Shown here: piece by piece, positions 1-6,853 of the stretch
Numbering within the stretch: the first letter of the stretch is position 1
Layout of the letters: each line of letters opens with the position of its first letter
Virus record (IMG/VR): IMGVR_UViG_3300029121_000075
Source: a virus
Taxonomy: Duplodnaviria > Heunggongvirae > Uroviricota > Caudoviricetes
Strand: one strand, 5' to 3'
Length of the DNA: 9,063 nt
Notes under the pieces: model-generated
The model's database searches: none
The model's input: the letters and a program-made list of their open reading frames with translations, nothing else
Told to the model about the DNA's origin: nothing
Program-made: the position numbers and the translations under genes

Positions 1-465
1 GTGTCCATTAAAAATGATGGACATTATTTTTGTAGAGCCGGAGGAAACAGACCAGACGGTTTAAATGAGCCGGTTACGTTGATGCGTGATATTCAGATGG
101 TTCTTGAGCGTTGGGGAGCGTGGGCGGCTAATAATCATGAAGATGTGACCTGGTCGTCCATTGCCGCCGGTTTTAAGGGATTAATTACTTCAAAAGTAAA
201 ATCTCGCCCGCAATGTTGTGACGATGACGCGATGATCATTTGCGGGTGCATGGCCCGTCTGAAAAAGAACAACAGCGATTTGCACGATTTATTAGTAGAT
301 TATTATGTAGTCGGTATGACATTCATGTCACTGGCAGGTAAGCATTGCTGCTCTGATGGTTATATCGGGAAAAGGTTACAGAAGGCTGAGGGCATAATTG
401 AAGGGATGTTAATGGCATTAGATATCCGGTTAGAGATGGATATCGTTGTTAATAACTCTAATTAA
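1..465 (+). CDS. Late-gene antitermination protein Q (lambdoid, DLP12 QuuD-like type). Drawn from the GTG at the window edge; a more probable start is ATG 82 (127 aa).
   Basis: Frame is open from position 1. Cys-rich segments ([20 protein letters not shown]) fit a Q-type zinc-binding region. Sits immediately upstream of a convergent porin gene and the lysis cassette, as in DLP12 (quuD then nmpC). Identification is from memory of the family, not a search. Confidence 0.7.
   Translation: MSIKNDGHYFCRAGGNRPDGLNEPVTLMRDIQMVLERWGAWAANNHEDVTWSSIAAGFKGLITSKVKSRPQCCDDDAMIICGCMARLKKNNSDLHDLLVDYYVVGMTFMSLAGKHCCSDGYIGKRLQKAEGIIEGMLMALDIRLEMDIVVNNSN
19..77. repeat. Left arm of an exact 59-bp inverted repeat (partner 9005-9063)
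   Basis: I reverse-complemented 19-77 by hand and it equals 9005-9063 base for base. Identity stops at 78 vs 9004. Possible extension into 1-18 cannot be tested because the partner would lie beyond 9063. Confidence 0.95.
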
Positions 466-490
466 TACGCCAATTATTTACTAAAAGTTA

Positions 491-516
491 TTAAAAATGG
501 GGCGTTGAAACGCCCC
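491..516 (-). terminator. Candidate intrinsic terminator for the porin gene (minus strand)
   Basis: GC-rich hairpin GGGGCG(499-504)/CGCCCC(511-516). On the minus strand the hairpin is followed by AUUUUUAA (complement of 491-498). Lies about 140 nt downstream of the porin stop. Confidence 0.45.
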
Positions 517-604
517 CAAAAATAAAGGGTAATATATAACAGAAGGTTTGTATAGTTAGAAGCAAGGTTGTGCTTCTAAAGGAAGTGGCTTGAGGGAGCC
601 ACTT

Positions 605-645
605 ATATGTTGGGGAGGCAAAGCCTCCCACAACATATCTTTTAG
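605..645 (+). terminator. Long imperfect hairpin, possible plus-strand terminator between convergent Q and porin genes
   Basis: ATATGTTGGGGAGG / CCTCCCACAACATAT palindrome (core GGGAGG-CAAAG-CCTCCC) followed by CTTTTAG. The U-tract is short, so function is uncertain. Confidence 0.3.
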
Positions 646-653
646 TAATCAAA

Positions 654-1736
654 TTAGAACTGGTAAACCATACCTACAGCAACGATATCATCGGTAGCAA
701 CGCCAGATGCTTTCGTGAAATCGCTCTTATCAATCAGGTTGATTTTGTAGTCAACAAAAGTGGACATATTTTTGTTGAAGTAATAGGTTGCACCTACATC
801 AACATATTCAACCAGGTCCTGATCACCCCAAACACCCAAGTCTTTTCCTTTAGAATGCAGGTAAGCAACGGATGGACGCAGGCCGAAGTCGAACTGATAT
901 TGTGCAACAGCTTCGAAGTTTTGTGCTTTGTTGGCAATATGGTTATTACCAAAAACAGTCATGTTCTGGGTTTCAGAATAGGTGGTGGCCAGATAGATGT
1001 TGTTCGCATCATATTTCAGACCAGCTGCCCATACTTCAGCATTTTGACCAGAAGCATTCAGACCGTTGTTACCGTAGATAACCTGATTATTAGTGCGATC
1101 AGATTTAGCATAGGTTGCACCCACGCCGAATCCTTCATACTCATAAGTAGTTGAGAAACCGAAACCATCGCCATTAGCTTCAGTTACTTCATTTCGGTCA
1201 TTTTTGCCCTGATACTGAGCTGCAAAGTTCAGGCCATCAACCAGACCAAAGAAGTCGTTGTTACGATAAGTTGCAACACCTGTGGTGCGACCAGTCATGA
1301 ATACATCTGTTTGGGTCCAGGTATCGCCACCGAATTCTGGCAGAACGTCAGTCCACGCACCGATGTCGTATGCTACACCGTAGTTACGGCCGTAATCGAT
1401 TGAGCCGTAGTCACCGAATTTCAGGCCTGCAAATGCAAGACGGGTTTTGTCTTTGGAGGAACCTTGAGATTCAGCGCGGTTGCCTTTGAATTCATATTCC
1501 CACTGACCGAAACCAGTCAGTTGATCGTTGATTTGGGTTTCACCTTTGAAGCCAAGACGGGCATAAGTAGTATCACCATCATCTGCATCATTAGAGGAGA
1601 AGTAGTGCTTAGCATTAACTTTCCCGTACAGATCCAGCTTGTTACTGTCTTTATTATAAATTTCAGCTGCCTGAGCAGACATCGCCATCAGTACTGATGC
1701 AGCTACAGCAGAAATTGCCACTGTTAATTTTTTCAT
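654..1736 (-). CDS. nmpC: Outer-membrane general porin, OmpC/OmpF/PhoE family (prophage-borne NmpC/Lc/OmpD type)
   Basis: 360-aa ORF. N-terminal signal peptide [23 protein letters not shown] then AEIYNK. Porin hallmarks [32 protein letters not shown], and C-terminal aromatic end ...VGMVYQF. Placement between Q and the holin on the opposite strand matches DLP12 nmpC and phage PA-2 lc. Confidence 0.92.
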   Translation of the reverse strand: MKKLTVAISAVAASVLMAMSAQAAEIYNKDSNKLDLYGKVNAKHYFSSNDADDGDTTYARLGFKGETQINDQLTGFGQWEYEFKGNRAESQGSSKDKTRLAFAGLKFGDYGSIDYGRNYGVAYDIGAWTDVLPEFGGDTWTQTDVFMTGRTTGVATYRNNDFFGLVDGLNFAAQYQGKNDRNEVTEANGDGFGFSTTYEYEGFGVGATYAKSDRTNNQVIYGNNGLNASGQNAEVWAAGLKYDANNIYLATTYSETQNMTVFGNNHIANKAQNFEAVAQYQFDFGLRPSVAYLHSKGKDLGVWGDQDLVEYVDVGATYYFNKNMSTFVDYKINLIDKSDFTKASGVATDDIVAVGMVYQF

Positions 1737-2324
1737 CGTGAGCCCTTTTTTTTGAACTATTATTAAAAAATGATGTCACTGCGCGATAAATATTCATCTA
1801 ATCAATGTGATTATTTCAAGATGTAAGTTTTAGTTTCTCATTTAATTTGTGAAGTAGATCTCTATTTTTATCTGAACTTTTTCTATCGAAACCTATTTAT
1901 GGCTCTTATTTGAACAAAAATAAACCTATTAGCTAATTTATATTAATGGCTGTTATTTATGGGGGTTCTATAATTCGGCAGTTTAATTTAAATCAACTAA
2001 AAATAACGTCTGAAATTATTTATTGGTTATTTGTTGAGGTTTTCTTATGTATTTGTGGTGGAGTTTTGAACACTCGGTAGCATTCTCATAAATATCATTC
2101 AGTGGTTTACGTACGTAAAAAATTGGTTATGCTGTTAAGAGTGGTTACTTCGTCACACAGCTTAAACCCGCCGTCGAGCTGGTTTTTCCATTTTTTGAGT
2201 CTCGATATTAGCTGATAACTCAATACCTGAGTTATTCACTGACTCCGAGTCTGTTACGTTTCTGCTTTTTTGCGATACGTTGTATTCCCTCAATTTACAC
2301 CCGCTTTGTCTGCGAGGTGGGGTT

Positions 2325-2540
2325 ATGAAATCCATGGATAAGTTAACAACGGGTGTCGCCTATGGCACCTCAGCAGGTAGTGCCGGTTACTGGTTTTTAC
2401 AGCTGCTCGATAAAGTCACGCCCTCACAGTGGGCAGCAATAGGTGTGCTGGGTAGCCTGGTATTTGGCCTGCTGACGTACCTGACAAATCTTTATTTCAA
2501 GATTAAAGAAGACAGGCGTAAGGCTGCGAGAGGAGAGTAA
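2325..2540 (+). CDS. Class II holin (pinholin), phage 21 S21-like, with dual-start motif (Met1 antiholin, Met4 holin)
   Basis: 71 aa starting MKSMDK, near-identical in pattern to S21 ([13 protein letters not shown]...[12 protein letters not shown]...[19 protein letters not shown]). Shine-Dalgarno GAGGTGGGG lies 6 nt upstream of ATG 2325. The ORF-track start at 2280 is a non-ATG upstream extension. Confidence 0.92.
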   Translation: MKSMDKLTTGVAYGTSAGSAGYWFLQLLDKVTPSQWAAIGVLGSLVFGLLTYLTNLYFKIKEDRRKAARGE

Positions 2541-2544
2541 TCCA

Positions 2545-2852
2545 ATGACTCAAGACTATGAACTGGTTGTGAAAGGAGTCCGTAATTTTGAGAATAAAGT
2601 TACGGTAACTGTAGCCTTACAGGACAAAGAACGCTTTGACGGTGAAATTTTTGGCCTGGATGTCGCCATGGACCGTGTTGAAGGAGCTGCGCTGGAGTTT
2701 TATGAGGTAGCAGCCAGAATGAGCGTCCGGCAAGTCTTCCTGGAAGTAGCAGAAAAATTGTCAGAAAAAGTTGAGTCTTATCTGCAGCATCAGTACTCCT
2801 TTAAGATTGAAAATCCTGCCAATAAGCACGAGCGTCCTCATCATAAATATCT

Positions 2853-2856
<4 letters not shown>
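2545..2856 (+). CDS. ydfR: YdfR-like protein (DUF1327), unknown function, inside the lysis cassette
   Basis: 103 aa, no predicted transmembrane segment. Starts 5 nt after the holin stop behind SD GAGAGGAGAG and overlaps the endolysin start (ATGA). Same size and position as ydfR between essQ and rrrQ in the K-12 Qin prophage. Confidence 0.8.
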
Positions 2857-3880
<1,024 letters not shown>

Positions 3881-4130
3881 ATTAATATTAAATCGGATTA
3901 TTTTTAGCGCTGAATGTGAAATTTAAATAAAAAGGACTCTTCCATGAGTCAAAATCCTTGAAATCTTAAGGGTAAGATAAAAGGTCATTAGACAGAATGA
4001 CACGTTTTATTAATAAATAAAGCTATTGTTTCATTCGTGTGTTTTTCTTTACAAAAGTAATCCTTGCTATGGTTGGTTAATCATGCGTTAATGGTGTTCT
4101 GGTTTGTTACAAAATTATCTGAAGCAGTCA

Positions 4131-4243
4131 TTGTTATAATTTTATTATTTGTACCTCTTGAGATTTCCTTGTTGGTTTTTCTCTCTGATATTTTTTTTCG
4201 GACCATTCTGCCCAAGGGCTAACTTCTTCAAAAGGTAATAATG
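4131..4243 (+). promoter_or_regulatory. Candidate promoter and 5' UTR of the cold-shock gene
   Basis: Extended -10 TGTTATAAT at 4132-4140 in an AT-rich upstream region. UTR segment GCCCAAGGGC...AAAGGTAATA resembles the cspA upstream box plus SD. No transcript data. Confidence 0.3.
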
Positions 4244-4456
4244 ATGTCTAACAAAATGACTGGTTTAGTGAAATGGTTTAACCCTGAAAAAGGTTTTGGT
4301 TTCATCACGCCGAAAGATGGTAGCAAAGATGTGTTTGTGCATTTCTCAGCTATTCAGAGCAACGATTTCAAAACGTTAACTGAGAATCAGGAAGTCGAAT
4401 TTGGTATTGAGAACGGACCTAAAGGCCCTGCAGCTGTTCATGTAGTGACACTTTGA
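4244..4456 (+). CDS. cspI: Cold-shock protein, CspA family (CspI-like)
   Basis: 70 aa [38 protein letters not shown]... with RNP1 (KGFGFI) and RNP2 (VFVHF) motifs. SD AAAGG upstream. The ORF track begins one codon earlier at ATG 4241. Confidence 0.92.
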   Translation: MSNKMTGLVKWFNPEKGFGFITPKDGSKDVFVHFSAIQSNDFKTLTENQEVEFGIENGPKGPAAVHVVTL

Positions 4457-4660
4457 GGTAGAAAATATTACAAACCATATTCACTTTAGATGCCCGTGTT
4501 GCCATGGTTCTCAGTATAGAACATCATCTTTTGATGTTTCTGACAGAAATCCTTTCGGGGCAAAATGTATCTTTTGTAAATCAATGATGATTACATTTGA
4601 TAATATTTCACAATACTTAAATGTTAGCCATCTGTCGTTAGATTTAAGAAAGTGAAAATG

Positions 4661-4684
4661 AAGGCTCCTTCGGGAGCTTTTTTG
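4661..4684 (+). terminator. Intrinsic terminator (UUCG tetraloop hairpin plus U-tract)
   Basis: GGCTCC-TTCG-GGAGCT stem-loop (4663-4678) immediately followed by TTTTTT. Lies about 200 nt after the cspI stop and before the ynfN-like ORF. Confidence 0.6.
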
Positions 4685-4802
4685 CTTAGTGTCTAGTCGA
4701 TGGATACTCACATATTACGGTAACATTATGAAAAAAATAATAGTTTTTTTTAACTCTGAACCAGCAATGGTAGTGCCAGTGATGACCGGAGTTAACACCA
4801 TC

Positions 4803-4958
4803 ATGCGTGAATATCCAAATGGCGAAACAACACACCTCACTGTAATGGCTGCAGGGTTTCCATCTCTGACCGGAGATCATAAAGTCATTTATGTAGCAGC
4901 GGATCGACATGTAACTTCAGAAGAAATTCTGGAAGCAGCAATGAGACTCTTGAATTGA
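4803..4958 (+). CDS. ynfN: YnfN-like small prophage protein (51 aa); start uncertain
   Basis: 51-aa MREYPNGETTHLTVMAAGFPSLTGDHKVIYVAADRHVTSEEILEAAMRLLN matches my recollection of Qin YnfN in size and sequence pattern. GGAG lies 11 nt upstream. The frame stays open upstream to ATG 4728 (MKKIIVFF...) and GTG 4689. Confidence 0.6.
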   Translation: MREYPNGETTHLTVMAAGFPSLTGDHKVIYVAADRHVTSEEILEAAMRLLN

Positions 4959-5130
4959 TTTGATTCTAATGCATTGATAATAAATGATAATCATCTTTAT
5001 CTGTTTGTGTGAAATTTAGACCGTCGTATGTTGATTATTGCGATGTTTCATCTTATCTTTTATACGTTTGCTCCATATAATTGACACTACTGTGTACCAG
5101 GACAGTCATAACAGACTAAAAGAGGAAATG

Positions 5131-5304
5131 ATGAACATTGAAGAGTTAAAAACAAAAACAGAAGCAGATATTTCTGAATATATAACAAAAAAAATCATTG
5201 AGCTTAAGAAAAAGACCGGGAAAGAAGTTACCAGTATCCAGTTTACTGCACGGGAAAAAATGACTGGTCTTGAAAGCTATGATATCAAGATTGATTTAAT
5301 CTAG
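5131..5304 (+). CDS. gnsB: GnsA/GnsB-family small protein (57 aa)
   Basis: MNIEELK...KTGKEV..I.FTAREKMTGLESYD.KI is the Gns family signature. SD GAGG at 5122-5125. The TTG-initiated extension back to 5038 in the ORF track is not supported. Confidence 0.85.
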   Translation: MNIEELKTKTEADISEYITKKIIELKKKTGKEVTSIQFTAREKMTGLESYDIKIDLI

Positions 5305-5366
5305 CATGTTTATAGTATTAGCATCAATTTCTCATCAGATGCTATTCAACAATACAAATTACCCAT

Positions 5367-5392
5367 AAACCTCGTTTTTACGGGGTTTTGTT
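5367..5392 (+). terminator. Candidate intrinsic terminator downstream of the gnsB-like gene
   Basis: Hairpin CCUCG-UUUUUA-CGGGG (5370-5385), extendable by A:U pairs, followed by UUUUGUUAUAUUU. Confidence 0.35.
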
Positions 5393-5599
5393 ATATTTAA
5401 ACATTACCGAATAGATATAAATCTCGATTGTCGATGGTATTGGTTGTGTGACAATACCTAGTCTTTCCGGTATGCCTGAAGAGAATACAAACGACAGATT
5501 ATGTAAGGGAAACGCGCTGAAACTTTCACTCTTTCATGCTGAGTGATTTGACGTTATATTTTTAGCCGCAAGTGAAGAGCAAACGAATGGAGCGACAAA

Positions 5600-5806
5600 A
5601 TGCATAAAGATCAATACACTGATGCCCCCTCCCAGGAGCAGGTTCGTGTAAAAACTATGCTTAATAGCACCATTTCGATGGGTTACCCGGATGTTGTAAT
5701 TGCATGTATAGAACATCAAGTATCTCTGGAAGCATTCAGGGCAATTGAGGCCGCGTTAGTAAAGCACGATAAGAATACGAAGGATTATTCCCTGGTGGTT
5801 GACTGA
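5600..5806 (+). CDS. Hypothetical protein (68 aa), orphan ORF upstream of cos
   Basis: ATG preceded by GGAG at 5589-5592 (7-nt spacer). No transmembrane segment or recognisable motif. Positionally equivalent to the ydfO region of Qin, but I cannot confirm homology. Confidence 0.5.
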   Translation: MHKDQYTDAPSQEQVRVKTMLNSTISMGYPDVVIACIEHQVSLEAFRAIEAALVKHDKNTKDYSLVVD

Positions 5807-6175
5807 TCACCATAACTGCTAACCATTCTGACCATTTCACAAGTGACAGAGTCAATATCGTATTCTGTCACTGTAAGGCTAATACAGTACTGCAATTCAA
5901 CTACAGCAATGCCTCGTATTTAGGTGAATTTACAATATCGTCCAGTTCGGATGCCGGCTGCATTTCTGAAGATAAGGCATTTCGGTTCGCGTATTTTCCC
6001 CTCATGCTCGTCAGTCCTGCGCGTAGTAAGAAACAGGACACTCACACTAATTTGTGTGGGCATGCTGTGATGTCCTTCTGAATTATCCCCATGCCATTAT
6101 GTAACGCTCTGTTTCAGATGCTCGTCACGGTTGTCAGGCTGTCGGGTCCTCCCAGTGGGGGTCCCTGCCACGGGG

Positions 6176-6200
6176 CGGGAGCGTCGCGGAAAAAGGCTAG
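6176..6200. other. cosN-like cohesive-end site (terminase nicking site); predicted 12-nt overhang GGGCGGGAGCGT at 6183-6194
   Basis: ACG-GGGCGGGAGCGT-CGCGG aligns ungapped with lambda cosN ACG-GGGCGGCGACCT-CGCGG (13 of 17 core positions identical). Downstream GCTAGTTTTTGAAATTTC...TTCGTCAT parallels lambda GCTATTTATGAAAATTTTC...TTCGTCAT. Lies about 165 bp upstream of the small terminase start, as in lambda. Confidence 0.55.
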
Positions 6201-6237
6201 TTTTTGAAATTTCATTCGTCATCACCACCACTGTAAT

Positions 6238-6265
6238 AGATTGATATTACAGTGGTTTTATTTTT
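6238..6265. repeat. Perfect 11-bp inverted repeat with 6-bp spacer inside the AT-rich cosB-like region
   Basis: CCACTGTAATA-GATTGA-TATTACAGTGG read directly, followed by TTTTATTTTTATGG. Possible terminase small-subunit or IHF binding site, or an RNA hairpin. Confidence 0.8.
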
Positions 6266-6358
6266 ATGGTGTCGATTTTGATTGTTTTTTGTTCATCACT
6301 AACACCGTTTGCCTAAAGTTGTTCGCGAGATGCATGTTTAAAACATTCTGGAGCGGGT

Positions 6359-6853
6359 ATGGATCGAGAGTTAAAAAATCTGACGCTGAATATCAGTCAA
6401 CTGGCGGCACTGTCAGGTGTACATCGCCAGACTGCTGCGGCAAGGCTGCAAAATCTACCCGTTGCAGGGGGGCATGAAAGCAACCTCAAGCTTTATCGGG
6501 TGGTTGATATTGTGTCGGCATTTCTGGCATTGCCACCGCCGGTTGCAGAAGGCGAAATGGACGCGCATGAGCGCAAAGCCTGGTATCAGTCTGAACGTGA
6601 GCGTCTTAAGTTCGAACAGGAAACGGCACAACTCATTCCGGCCAGTGATGTCAGACGGGAGTTTGCCATCTGGGCAAAAGCGGTCGTGCAGGTGCTGGAG
6701 ACATTACCGGATATTCTGGAACGTGACTGCGGTCTGCAGCCTGCCGCTGTGAGCCGTGTTCAGTCCATTATTGATGATCTGCGCGATCAGATAGCCCTGC
6801 GGGTGACTGAAGCAGGTGCGGATGATGAGGAGGAATTACAGCAGGAGGAGTAA
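6359..6853 (+). CDS. Terminase small subunit (Nu1-like, winged-HTH DNA-binding)
   Basis: 164 aa. N-terminal HTH-like LNISQLAALSGVHRQTAAARLQNLPVAGG parallels lambda Nu1 (QLADIFGASIRTIQNWQEQGMPVLRGGG). Acidic C-terminus. SD GGAG 5 nt upstream. Stop overlaps the terL ATG (TAATG). Confidence 0.8.
   Translation: MDRELKNLTLNISQLAALSGVHRQTAAARLQNLPVAGGHESNLKLYRVVDIVSAFLALPPPVAEGEMDAHERKAWYQSERERLKFEQETAQLIPASDVRREFAIWAKAVVQVLETLPDILERDCGLQPAAVSRVQSIIDDLRDQIALRVTEAGADDEEELQQEE

Noticed and set aside
19-77. The terminal inverted repeat as ends of an insertion sequence or composite transposon
   Set aside because: No transposase-like ORF in the window, and the arm sequence does not resemble IS1, IS2, IS3, IS4, IS5, IS10, IS30 or IS911 ends as I remember them. 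A rearrangement junction is more likely, though an IS-like origin cannot be excluded without searching.
855-1154. Plus-strand ORFs 855-1154, 872-1081 and 1464-1697 inside the porin gene
   Set aside because: They lie antisense within a well-supported porin CDS, have no ribosome-binding site and show no protein-like features. Treated as chance ORFs.
1737-2324. Possible tRNA or toxin cargo between Q and the lysis genes, as in Stx phages
   Set aside because: I scanned for T-arm-like GGTTCGAAT/GTTCAAAT motifs and cloverleaf-compatible segments and found none. The region is AT-rich promoter-like DNA without a long ORF.
3881-3960. Terminator immediately after Rz
   Set aside because: A short GACTC/GAGTC dyad is present but not followed by a U-tract. 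Not reported as a feature.
4511-4910. Minus-strand ORFs 4511-4711 and 4686-4910
   Set aside because: The first spans the plus-strand terminator hairpin. The second is antisense to the YnfN-like gene. No SD sequences.
5038-5130. TTG-initiated N-terminal extension of the GnsB-like ORF (88 aa)
   Set aside because: The Gns family is about 57 aa and the SD sits directly before ATG 5131. The extension is low-complexity.
5534-5719. Minus-strand 61-aa ORF overlapping the orphan 68-aa gene
   Set aside because: No SD. It overlaps a plus-strand ORF that has one. Kept as unlikely.
6241-6752. Plus-strand ORFs 6241-6477 and 6417-6752 overlapping cosB and the small terminase
   Set aside because: Out of frame with the well-supported Nu1-like CDS. 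The first starts inside the palindrome and T-tract.
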